A stretch of 64,000 nucleotides of DNA from Planctomycetota bacterium (GTDB lineage: Bacteria > Planctomycetota > UBA1135 > UBA2386), in contig JBKAGP010000001.1 in assembly GCA_046290465.1 (NCBI GenBank), forward strand, positions 4,032,001 to 4,096,000, read 5' to 3'. The notes under the pieces were generated by a model, which was given only the letters and a program-made list of their open reading frames with translations, ran no database searches and was not told the DNA's origin. The position numbers and the translations under genes are program-made. This document shows, in pieces, positions 18,703 to 28,000 of this stretch; the first letter of the stretch is position 1; each line of letters begins with the position of its first letter.

Positions 18703-19023
18703 TCACTGCTGCCAGAGAACCTCCCGTGTTCCATCAGGCCGCCCCAATTCGGCAACGACTCCACGGTCAGCGCACTTCCGTTTACACACCTGTTGCAAAC
18801 AGTCCAACACTCGGCTGTGGACCTCGTCATTAGGTGGCATCTCAATCTCAAGGACCACTTCATCCGGCCCAGTTTCAATGCCACAGATATCAGCCCCAAG
18901 ATCGAACAGCGCGTCATCGACGTCATGACCGACAGACTCCACTAAAGCGTCGACAACCTCTACGCTGGCACCGTAGCCGGGAAGAGGAAATCTGACAAAC
19001 AGCATGTGCATGGCAACCACCAT
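18703..19023 (-). CDS. Small acidic hypothetical protein
   Basis: ~106-aa ORF in lower-GC DNA (MLFVRFPL...DDALFDLGADICGIETGPDEVVLEIE). Confidence 0.45.
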   Translation of the reverse strand: MVVAMHMLFVRFPLPGYGASVEVVDALVESVGHDVDDALFDLGADICGIETGPDEVVLEIEMPPNDEVHSRVLDCLQQVCKRKCADRGVVAELGRPDGTREVLWQQ

Positions 19024-19359
19024 CGCGCGCCCGCCACGACGTGTCCACGACTCTTGCCAGCAACGGTGTCGAGCGGTTGATCGGGGCGAAGTGACACCAT
19101 GTTGCCCGGATGCCAACCGACGTGAATCGGTCGCTTCGGACTTATCGATGACCAGCTGGCCGCAGCCGGCTTGGGCGGAGTAGGTAGACCGATAGCGCGT
19201 TCCCCGCTGGTACGCGGCCTGCAGCTGTCACGCTGTCGGTGCCCCCGCCACTACCGGGCCCGTCGCATTTCGCCTGGAATGCGATGCTCGGCTGAACCCT
19301 GGTCGGCGAGACTCCCGGCCGCCAAGGCGCAGACGAGCCTCCGGACACCACGCGGTCGC

Positions 19360-20685
19360 TCAGAGGGCCTCGACGCGCGGATTGCTGAGCCAGACCACGG
19401 ATTGGTTGACGGCGACGTAGAGGCGTTGCCGCAGTAGTTGATGCTGGATGTCCGCTTTGACGACCGGCTTGTCGTCGATGTGGACGACGAGCTCCTCGTC
19501 GACGGCAATGGTCACGTCGAACGGCTTGCCGGCTGGCGTGTTGATCTCGGCATCTGCCAGGTCGACCCACTTGCCGCCTCGCCATTCGGAGATCATGCAG
19601 CGGTTCGGCGCGAAGATTACGCCCAGGATCTCTTGTCGCGGTAGCTCGAACAGGAAGCGGAACGACTTTCGGCCCTCGATGTCCGCCACCTCAACGCGTG
19701 CTTTGACCGCGTAGCCGCCTTCCGGGAGTTTGCCGCCAAACTCGATCTGGCCGGGGCTCTTGTCGTTGCCGGCCAGGTAGATGCGGTCGCCCTGCTTGCC
19801 GGCGACGTCGAAGGTCAGCAACCAGTCGGGTTTGCTGGACGCGACCTTGCCGGCCATGGTGGCCTCGGTCTTGCTCCAGTCCTTGCCGAGCAGGCCTTCG
19901 AGCAACGCCTTGCGGTTGTCGGCGATGCCCTCCCTCTTCTTCGGCTTGCGCTGCTTCGTCAGCAGCCTCTTGAGGCTCGATTTCCTGCTGTCGGCCAGCA
20001 TGATCGAGCACCACGAGGCGGCCTCGAGCGCGAAGTCGTATTGGCTCGCATCTACGTATGGACCTGCCGCAAGCACGTGCGGCAAAAGCTGGGTTCATCA
20101 ACCGGTCTCAGTACGCGCCTTGAGGATCAGGCTGCGCTCGTCGAAGAGCGGGTCGACGCCCCAGGCACGCTTGGGATTCTCGAGTTCGTCGAGGACGGCG
20201 AACGAGACGACATCGGCAAGCCACGGGTCACCGCGACCGACGCCATGTTCGAGGGCGACGAGCTTGGCCGCCATGCGGATGACGTCATGGCGCACGGACG
20301 CCGGCGCACCGAGCACCGCAAAGCTCGCGTCGCCAAGCTTCGGCACGGCGACGTAGGCGACGTTGCTCTCGTGGTCGCAGAACGCCTGCACCGGAAACGC
20401 ATACGGGCTGCTCTTCTTCTCGACCGTGCGGTAGGCCGCTGCATCGGCATAGAGCTCGACGCGCGGCCACTTCTTGGGCCGCTTCACCTTCTTGAGCAGG
20501 GCGTTGAGCTTCTCGGTTGCCTGCCAGCAACCGTCGATCACCTGCTCGGCGACCGCGGGCTTCATCTCGCCCGGGTGCAGCGTGAGCTGGATCTGCTTAT
20601 CGCCGCGTATCAGAGGCTGCGCCTGGGCACTCGCCGCAGCGGCGGCGAGGACCGCGCTGATGATGACTCGAGATGATGTTCCCAT
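19360..20685 (-). pseudogene. Secreted protein split by in-frame TGA-TGA
   Basis: ORFs 20098-20685 (signal peptide ending ASAQAQ) and 19360-20085 are in the same frame, separated by two TGA codons at 20095-20100. Confidence 0.6.
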
Positions 20686-20957
20686 GGCAAGACGTTAGCC
20701 CCCTGTGTGTCGAAAGCGAACTTCGCACCGAGGGGCGTGTCACCTTCGCGGTCGGCGGCTCGTTCCACTTCTCGCTTTCGCACCGGCGTGCTGCATAGCG
20801 GCTCCGTTGGCAGAACGGCGAACTGGGATGGCTCCGATCTGACGACCCTCGAAAGCTGCGCAGCAGCCGGTTGGCGGCTCACCGACGATGATAGGCAGCC
20901 AACACTCGCAGCGCGGCACGAGCGTTTGCCGACAACGGGTAGGGCCCTCCTGCTGCC

Positions 20958-21185
20958 GAGTATGCAACGGCCTTGGTCCCAACCTGACTCCGCCCGACAC
21001 AACCCTGCCCTGCGCCTTCGAACCCTGCAGAGCCCACTAGTCGGATCGTGCGCGAACGGCGTGTCGTCGCGGATTCGCGGGAGTTGATCTCGTCGCCAGG
21101 GCGAGTGTGCAATCGCCTCGGTCACAACGTGGCACCGCCTGGCGCAGGTCGGCACGGCCGGGCACAACCGACCTCGGATCGTGCG
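20958..21185 (+). mobile_element. att junction 3 (degenerate): arm + tRNA 3' core (21017-21039) + arm
   Basis: GAGTATGCAAC...GGTCCCA; core TTCGAACCCTGCAGAGCCCACTA (18/23 to cores 1 and 2); TCGGATCGTGCG spacer; GAGTGTGCAA, GGTCACA, GGCAC-like at 21130/40/50/60. Confidence 0.75.
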
Positions 21186-21220
21186 GATCGAGACTCTCTC
21201 GGTCGCTCCCGTCGGCGCCC

Positions 21221-21895
21221 TCACCAGCCAGCAAAGCCCACGGGCACCAGCGGGGGAGCCTCGACGCCCTGCGCCTTCAGCTGCTCTCGGTTCATCCGGA
21301 AGTGCAGCTCCGTCATTGAGTTCACATACTTCCACAGCGGCTCCAGTCCGACAGCCGCGCGCCGCTCGTCGACCTGGCTCGGCGCCTCCAGGGGCTTGGG
21401 CAGGATGCGGCCGGTCTTGCCGTCGTAGTAGACCTGGGTGCCGTAAACCTGCGGGCGGCCGGTGTTGGCGCGGACCCGGTCGGTCAGGTAGGCGAGGTTG
21501 CTCGGGCGCGCGTCGCCACGGGCCACGACGGGCCTCATCGCTTCGACAACGCGATCCTGGAAACCGGGGTCGCGGTCGGCGTGCTGCACCAACAGCCAGA
21601 ACGCCTCGGCCGCCTCAGTGCCGACACGGTCCGCGCCGAGGTAACCGAACTGCTCGAACAACTGCTTGCAGCGTTCGCCGTAGCGGTCCTGCTGCCGGTC
21701 CTTGCGCTCGTAGAACCCGGGATCCTGGATGGCGGGATCACCTTGGATGACCATCTGCTCGAGCTGCTGGTCGCTGGCGCTCATCGCGAGCAACTCGGCG
21801 CGGACCTCGTCGAGGGTTGGAGGGGAGGTGGTCTGGCAGGCTGCGGCGGCCAGCAGCACGGCGCACGCGCTGCGGATCTGGGTCTTGGATCGCAT
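21221..21895 (-). CDS. DUF6624-like lipoprotein
   Basis: Lipobox LLAAAAC; FWLLVQHAD, LAYLTDRV...PQVYGTQ, VDERRAAVGL. Confidence 0.8.
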   Translation of the reverse strand: MRSKTQIRSACAVLLAAAACQTTSPPTLDEVRAELLAMSASDQQLEQMVIQGDPAIQDPGFYERKDRQQDRYGERCKQLFEQFGYLGADRVGTEAAEAFWLLVQHADRDPGFQDRVVEAMRPVVARGDARPSNLAYLTDRVRANTGRPQVYGTQVYYDGKTGRILPKPLEAPSQVDERRAAVGLEPLWKYVNSMTELHFRMNREQLKAQGVEAPPLVPVGFAGW

Positions 21896-22091
21896 GGGCG
21901 CGGGGACGAGTCTGCCTTGGGGTTACTCCGCGATCACCGCGGACCGCGAGGCTGGCTCGTGGCGCCAACTCGGGCGAGACGACGCCGGCGTGGCAGGCTG
22001 CGCGTCTCGAGGCGAGAGAGCGGCAGCCAACCCAGCGAACGGTCGCCGGCAGCGCGCACCCTACGGCACGCGCTCCCGATCCGGCGGCGCT

Positions 22092-22538
22092 TCAGTCGAT
22101 GTTCAAGGCGACGATCTTGCTGAACTCCCAATCGCCCATCGCGTACTCCGGCACGATCGACACGTACGCATAGAAGTGCTCGCGAGGGTCCAGGAACGAC
22201 TCGTCGAGTTCGGGGAAGTTCCATTCGCGCTCGAGTTCGAGCACGACTTCGTTCTTGCCGTCGGGGCGCACCCACTTCGAGGCGACGTGGCCGACGCGGT
22301 CGTCCCACGGGCCGTTCTTCTGGCGCAGCGGGCGGCCGTCCGGCTTGCACTGGAACTGGTCACGCTGGTTGTTGCCGTCGGCCTCGTAGAGGTAGGCACG
22401 GACGCGGTAGCGGCCGTTCTCGCTGACCTCGCGGTCGCTGAACATGCAGCTGAGCTTGACGACGGCGCGCTCGTTGCTCGGGTTGGCGGCGGACTTGCCG
22501 ACCGTGAGTCGGATCTTGTTTCGGGGGATATCGGCCAT
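22092..22538 (-). CDS. Hypothetical beta-rich protein
   Basis: 148-aa ORF from ATG 22538 with strong GC3 bias. Confidence 0.7.
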   Translation of the reverse strand: MADIPRNKIRLTVGKSAANPSNERAVVKLSCMFSDREVSENGRYRVRAYLYEADGNNQRDQFQCKPDGRPLRQKNGPWDDRVGHVASKWVRPDGKNEVVLELEREWNFPELDESFLDPREHFYAYVSIVPEYAMGDWEFSKIVALNID

Positions 22539-22662
22539 GAGTCGATTCCTCGTCGTTGGCGGTTGGGGAAGCCGGCGGCCAACTGCGGCCGCCGTCACCC
22601 TGTTCACGCGAACGGCGCGGGGAATTGACACGCCTTCTCCGAGGTCGCGCACGGCGCGCCGC

Positions 22663-24342
22663 CTACGCAAAGTCGTCGAGCGGCATCAGCCCGGCGCGCG
22701 GCGCCTTCAGCTCGTCGCCGAGCGCCGACAGCACCAGGCGGCCGTATTCCAGCCGCAGTCGCTCGATCCGACTGGTCGCCTGGCGATGCTTGCCGCGTGC
22801 CAGCAACGATGCAAACTGCTTGGGTGAGATGCCGGCGAGCCCGCGCCAGCGGCGCAAGAAGTCCCGGCGCTGCTTGCGCGAATACGTGCGCTCGGGCCGC
22901 ACCGGCAGGGTCGTGAATCCGTATTCGTCGATCGCGTCGTCGTCGAACGGGTTGTTCGCGGCTCGATAGGAGCAGACGCGGTAGCGCTTCTTCCGGTAGA
23001 CGTTGAGGGCCATCTCGCACATCGCGCACCACGTCATCGCCATGTCGAACCAGAACGCCCGTCCGCCCGCATGTTCGTAGCTGTGGGCCGGATCGCACAG
23101 CAGCAGCGCCAGCTCGGGGAAGCAGAGCAGGTTGGCGCCGTTGGGCGCACCAAAGCAATGGAACGCCGTGCCCTTGCCGATCGCGAAGCGAAGGTAGGAG
23201 CGATGCAGCGCGCCCCTGCCGATCCGCCGGCCGTCGGTCAGCCAATCGTGCATCTCCTCGGCCACGCGCGCCTCGGAGCGATACAGCTCGTCGCGTTCTG
23301 GATCGAGCGGATTGGCGACTTCGAGCGAGCGGCCGGGGTCTTCGAGGTAGGCGATGGCGCGATCCCAGAAGCGCTCGACCAGCGTGCGCCAGACGCGGTT
23401 GCAGTCGCGCATCATCGAAGGGGGCGCCAGCAAGGAGCCGCGTTCGATGCGCAGCAGCTCGCGGTGCAGGCGCTGGTGCTTGTGCGGCGAACCGGTCGTG
23501 TCGTCGGCCCAGTGTTCGCGCAGGGCGATGACGTCCTCGATCGCCATCGTGCCGTAGTGGTCGAGCAGCGCCTCGTAGGCCTCGCGGGCCTCGGCCGGCG
23601 CTCCCAGGTGCTCCGGCCCCACGTGGTAGCGGGGCATGCGTACATAGGGTTCGGTCGGAGGAACGACGAACTCCCGCTCGTCGCGATCGAGCAACCACGT
23701 GGCGCTGCCGAGGTGCGGCGGATCGCCGCTGAACTCGACCCCGAACGTCACGTCGACGGTGCCGTCGAAGCCTTCGAGCACGAAGACGTTGCCGACGCGC
23801 CGCGATGCGCGCGGCACCCGGGCGATGTTGGTTCGCGAAGGGCTGAAGTGCACGGCCAACGCGACGACCTTGGTGGGCTGCTGCTGCTGTAGCGCAGCCA
23901 GGTCCGCCGCGTCCATGCGCGGCACCCTCCACCTGCACTCGCACAGACACCGAACCGACAGCCACAGCTCGCAGCCGTCGCCGGTCCCCTCGGCTGCCCA
24001 CGAGAAGCCCTCCGGTTGCCAGTTGTTGGCGTTGCCCGACGAGGGCTCGGGGTCACGCGCGAGGTGGATGTCGACGCCACCCGTCGTCACGACCGAATCG
24101 TCGATCGTGACCCCCGCGTCCTTGCCGGCGTCCGACTCGGTGTAGGCCAGCACCGCAGCGTCGAGCAGTTCGCGGAAGCGATCGGGGTGCTTGCGATTGC
24201 GCGGGTCACACAGATCCTCGACGTCGATGTCCGAGGACGACAGGTAGCTGGCGTTGATCCAGTCCGCCAACTCCTGCAGCGTCGCCAGCTCGGTGCTGCC
24301 GTCGCATTGGCCGCGGGTGAGTACTTCTACGATGAGCGTCAT
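22663..24342 (-). CDS. Hypothetical protein, 559 aa
   Basis: Long ORF with strong GC3 bias, starts 18 nt after the kinase stop. Confidence 0.75.
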   Translation of the reverse strand: MTLIVEVLTRGQCDGSTELATLQELADWINASYLSSSDIDVEDLCDPRNRKHPDRFRELLDAAVLAYTESDAGKDAGVTIDDSVVTTGGVDIHLARDPEPSSGNANNWQPEGFSWAAEGTGDGCELWLSVRCLCECRWRVPRMDAADLAALQQQQPTKVVALAVHFSPSRTNIARVPRASRRVGNVFVLEGFDGTVDVTFGVEFSGDPPHLGSATWLLDRDEREFVVPPTEPYVRMPRYHVGPEHLGAPAEAREAYEALLDHYGTMAIEDVIALREHWADDTTGSPHKHQRLHRELLRIERGSLLAPPSMMRDCNRVWRTLVERFWDRAIAYLEDPGRSLEVANPLDPERDELYRSEARVAEEMHDWLTDGRRIGRGALHRSYLRFAIGKGTAFHCFGAPNGANLLCFPELALLLCDPAHSYEHAGGRAFWFDMAMTWCAMCEMALNVYRKKRYRVCSYRAANNPFDDDAIDEYGFTTLPVRPERTYSRKQRRDFLRRWRGLAGISPKQFASLLARGKHRQATSRIERLRLEYGRLVLSALGDELKAPRAGLMPLDDFA

Positions 24343-24360
24343 GGTGTCTCGACTCGGGGT

Positions 24361-26907
24361 CTAGGGCAGCGCGCTGCGGGCGCAGCGGAAGCCGATCTTG
24401 TGCGACTTCATCGCGTGGCCGACGCCGCCCTTGTAGTAGGTGTGCAACTGGGCTTCCGACGCGCGCGCGGTCCAACAGCCGCCGCAGACGAGTCGGGTGA
24501 ACGGCAGGCGCAGCAACTGGCCGTCGTGCCGTTCGACGGTCGGGGTCTCGGTCGCCTCGGCGACGTTGCCGAACAGGTGGAACAGGCGCGCGGGCTGCGT
24601 CGAAGCCAGCTCGGGCGCGCTGCGCACGGGAAGCGTGTAGCGCAGATAGTCCGCCAGCGACGCCTTCAGCGTATTGGGCATCGGGTCCGACGGAGCCGTA
24701 TCACCCCACGGATACGGACGCAGTTCGTTGCCGTTGCGGGCGACCCACAGCCACTCTCCTGCCGTCGGCAGCCGCTTGCCGCGCCACTCCGCATAGGCGC
24801 GCATCGTCTCCCACGACAGGTCGGATACCGGCAGGTCGTCCCTGCCTTCTGGCAACGTGGTCCAATAGCCCGGCAGTTCGGCGCGCGGGTGGACGCGCAG
24901 GTAGGCGCGGTAGTCGCCGTTGGAGACCTCGGCTTCGTCGATCCAGAACGGCGCCACGCTCCAACCTTCGCGCAGATCGCTCGTGTCGGCGGTCGGGTCG
25001 CGGTCGAACCGACCGCCCTGCACGAGCACCATGCCGTCGCGCGAGCCCGGGTCCTGCGACAACGTCAGGTCGATCCCGATCGCAGCGCCGCGACGCAGAC
25101 GCCGCGTCAGTTCGTGCACGTTGCCCGCGCGGTCGCGGATGCGAAACCGGAAGAAGCCGCGGGGCAGGCGCGCGGACGTGATCGGCAGCGCCCCTAGCGG
25201 CTGCTCCTCGTCCGGCTCTCCGGACCGCGCGGCGAGCCGCACGGCCGTCACCTCGCCGGCGACGGCGCTGCCATCGTGCGCACGCACAGCGATCGAGACG
25301 TCGCACAACATCGTCAACAGGCTGGTGTCGACGGACGCGGGAAACAGCGCGGCCTGGCGCACCAGCAGCGTCATCGCTTCGGCCATGCGGTCGAGCTCGA
25401 CCTCGGCGTCGGCCGACTGGCTCCTGGTGTAGTGCTGCCATCTGGTCGCAACGCTGGCGTCCAGGCTGGCCTCGTAGGCTCGCAGGCTGGTCGCCACAGC
25501 CACCCGATCGGCGCGCCCGCGGGGGCCGAGATCCGGCTCGTCCTCGGCCTTCGCCAGCAGCGCACGCAGCGAACGGACGTCGTCGATCGACGCCTGCTGC
25601 AGCCGCGCGATGCTTGCCGCCGGCGGCGCATCGCCGGTATCGCCGAGCACCAGCGTCACGTGGTCGTGCAGGTCCTGCTCGAACTGCTGCAGGCGCGCAC
25701 GTTCGGTGGCATGCCGAGCCCAACCGATCCCGACCGCGGTCCCGACCAGCAACAGCAGCGCTCCGATCCACACGACGCGGTAGCGCTGCGCGAGCCGGCC
25801 GAGACGTTCTTGCAGCCCCGGCGGGCTGGCTTGCACGGCCTCGTGTCGCAGGAAGCGCCGCAGGTCCGCGGCGAACTCGGCGGCATCGGCGTAGCGGCCG
25901 GACGGCGCGCGGTGCATCGCCTTGTGGCAGACGATCGCGAGCTCGCGCGGGATCCGGCGATTGTGGCGACGCAGCGGCTGCGGCTCGCCGCGGCGGATGT
26001 GGGCGAGCAGTTCGATCGACGTCGTGCCGCCGAACGGCCGCTGCGACGACAGCATCTCGTAGAGCACCACACCTGCGGAGTAGACGTCGGTGCGATGGTC
26101 GACGGGGCGTTCGACGAGCCTGGCCTGCTCGGGGCTCATGTACGGCAGCGACCCCATCACCTGGCCTTCCTGCGTCAACGTGCCGAAGGTCACGTCGCGG
26201 GCGATCCCGAAGTCGACGAGGCGCGCCGTTCCTTCGTCGGTCACCAGGATGTTGCTCGGTTTGACGTCGCGGTGCACGACCCCGTGGGTGTGCGCGTGCG
26301 CGAGTGCCTCGGCGACCTCGGCGACGATGCGCACGACAGCGCCGATGTGCTCGGGGTCGTCGGGCGGCGGCAGGATCGCGACGCGGCTGCCGGGCCGACG
26401 ATCGCGGTGGGCGCACAGCTCGCGCTCCAGATCGTGACCGCGCACCAACTCCATCGCAAACCAGTGGGTGCTGCCCTTGCGACCTTCCGCGAGCACCGGA
26501 ACGATGCCGCCGTGGGTCAGGCGGGCGGCGGCGCGCGCCTCGCGATGGAACCGTTCGAGCTGGGTCCGGGTGGTCGTCACGCCCTCGACGAGCACCTTGA
26601 CCGCGACCTCACGTTGCAGCGATGGCTGGAACGCCCGGTAGACGATGCCCATGCTGCCGCGACCGAGCTCCTCGCGAAGTTCGAACTCGCCCAACTGCAG
26701 GCCGGGCCGGGCCTGTGGTTCGAGGTCGGGAGGCTCGAGAAAGCCGTCGTCGGCGTCGCGGTCCTGCGCGAGCAGCTGCTCGACGGCGCGTCGCAGCGAC
26801 GCATGTTCGCCGCATTCGCGATCGAGGAAGGCCTCGCGCTCGTGCTCCGGGAGCTCGACCGCGCGCTCGAACACCGTGCGCACCCGCTGCCACTCGGGGT
26901 CAGTCAT
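24361..26907 (-). CDS. Ser/Thr protein kinase - TM - FGE-sulfatase fusion
   Basis: MTDPEWQRVRTVFERA; LGRGSMGIVY, HRDVKPSN, DFG, YMSPEQ; KRLPTAGEW, LFGNVAE, IGFRCARS. Confidence 0.9.
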   Translation of the reverse strand: MTDPEWQRVRTVFERAVELPEHEREAFLDRECGEHASLRRAVEQLLAQDRDADDGFLEPPDLEPQARPGLQLGEFELREELGRGSMGIVYRAFQPSLQREVAVKVLVEGVTTTRTQLERFHREARAAARLTHGGIVPVLAEGRKGSTHWFAMELVRGHDLERELCAHRDRRPGSRVAILPPPDDPEHIGAVVRIVAEVAEALAHAHTHGVVHRDVKPSNILVTDEGTARLVDFGIARDVTFGTLTQEGQVMGSLPYMSPEQARLVERPVDHRTDVYSAGVVLYEMLSSQRPFGGTTSIELLAHIRRGEPQPLRRHNRRIPRELAIVCHKAMHRAPSGRYADAAEFAADLRRFLRHEAVQASPPGLQERLGRLAQRYRVVWIGALLLLVGTAVGIGWARHATERARLQQFEQDLHDHVTLVLGDTGDAPPAASIARLQQASIDDVRSLRALLAKAEDEPDLGPRGRADRVAVATSLRAYEASLDASVATRWQHYTRSQSADAEVELDRMAEAMTLLVRQAALFPASVDTSLLTMLCDVSIAVRAHDGSAVAGEVTAVRLAARSGEPDEEQPLGALPITSARLPRGFFRFRIRDRAGNVHELTRRLRRGAAIGIDLTLSQDPGSRDGMVLVQGGRFDRDPTADTSDLREGWSVAPFWIDEAEVSNGDYRAYLRVHPRAELPGYWTTLPEGRDDLPVSDLSWETMRAYAEWRGKRLPTAGEWLWVARNGNELRPYPWGDTAPSDPMPNTLKASLADYLRYTLPVRSAPELASTQPARLFHLFGNVAEATETPTVERHDGQLLRLPFTRLVCGGCWTARASEAQLHTYYKGGVGHAMKSHKIGFRCARSALP

Positions 26908-27517
26908 GGCCGAGTTCTGCGTCCCCCTCGACGTGCAGCCGCAAGAACGCGCGCGCCGACCGCAACCGGCGGTAGGCCTGGTGGACCGGGATCTGCAGCT
27001 GGTCGGCGCACTCCTCGACCGAGGCGCCTCCGAGGAATCGCTGCTCGACGAGCGTCGCCGCCACCGCGTCGCGCTCGGCAAGGCGTTGCAGCCCTTCGTG
27101 CAGCGCGAGCACGTCGATCGAGGCCTGTTCGTAGTGGCGAAGCACCGCATCGAGCGGGCCCGGCGGCGTGCGCTTGTGTGCCGCCTTGCGGCGCGCGTGA
27201 TCGACGAGCACCTGCCGCATGGCCTGGGCGCAGACCGCGATCAGGTGCCCACGACTGCGAAACACCGTGCCGGCACCGGAGAGGCGCAGGTATGCCTCGT
27301 GCACCAGGGCAGTCGGCTGCAGCGTGTGGCGGTCGCTCTGTTGGCGCATGTTGCGCTTCGCGATCGCCTTCAGCTCGGCATAGACGAACTGGTAGACCTC
27401 GTCGCGAGCCCGTTCGTCGCCGTCCTGCATGCGCGCGAACAGACCGGCGAACCGGTTGCCGTCGGTCGGATCGGGTGCGTCGGCGCCAGCGTCATGCGGT
27501 CGATCGGGAGCAGGCAT
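26900..27517 (-). CDS. ECF sigma factor, kinase-associated (TIGR02999-like)
   Basis: VYAELKAIA...HTLQPTALVHEAYLRL...AMRQVLVDHARRK; overlaps the kinase start; start position approximate. Confidence 0.9.
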   Translation of the reverse strand: MPAPDRPHDAGADAPDPTDGNRFAGLFARMQDGDERARDEVYQFVYAELKAIAKRNMRQQSDRHTLQPTALVHEAYLRLSGAGTVFRSRGHLIAVCAQAMRQVLVDHARRKAAHKRTPPGPLDAVLRHYEQASIDVLALHEGLQRLAERDAVAATLVEQRFLGGASVEECADQLQIPVHQAYRRLRSARAFLRLHVEGDAELGHD

Positions 27518-27822
27518 GGGGGTTGGATGCGGTGTCCGACATGCCGGACCGTGGGTCGGGGACGGTTGCATGACGGAGGACACGTCAACGGGGCGCGGAT
27601 TTGACGAGGAATTCCGGTCGGGCCGGCCGGAGATCGTGGCCCGTTGGTGCGCACGCTCCGGCAACTCTCCCGAATCAGCCTGCACCATACGGTATGGCAT
27701 ACAGGTGTCCACCTGCCGAGGCGCGGGCGTCGCGGGGGAAGGCCGGCGCGCCCGTTCGCGTCGACCTTGGCGGGTGTCCCGTGACGTGCAGGGGCAGCGG
27801 TGGCAAGCGGCTTCGCCCTGAG

Positions 27823-27876
27823 CATTCGGGCGATCGGGGCCATTCGGACGATCCGGGCCATAGGGGCGATCCGGGT
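27823..27876 (+). repeat. 3 x 18-bp imperfect tandem repeat in divergent intergenic region
   Basis: CATTCGGGCGATCGGGGC / CATTCGGACGATCCGGGC / CATAGGGGCGATCCGGGT. Confidence 0.8.
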
Positions 27877-28000
27877 CGAGTCGAAATGGCGCAACATGAA
27901 CCCGGTTCGGTATGCGGTGTTTGGTGTGGGGGAATGGGAACATCGGTGTGCGAGTTCGCTCTGTTGGTGACGTGTTGGCTGCGGCCGGCTATTCGGGCAC

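Larger units (their letters stand above)
15922..19354 (-). mobile_element. Composite rve-type transposon carrying TA and other cargo
   Basis: Inverted ends CGCGTGGTATCCGGA (15922-15936) and TCCGGACACCACGCG (19340-19354), 1 mismatch. Confidence 0.6.

Noticed and set aside
12700..21000. Classical integron attC cassette array
   Set aside because: No intI gene and no repeated RYYYAAC...GTTRRRY palindromic sites recognised.
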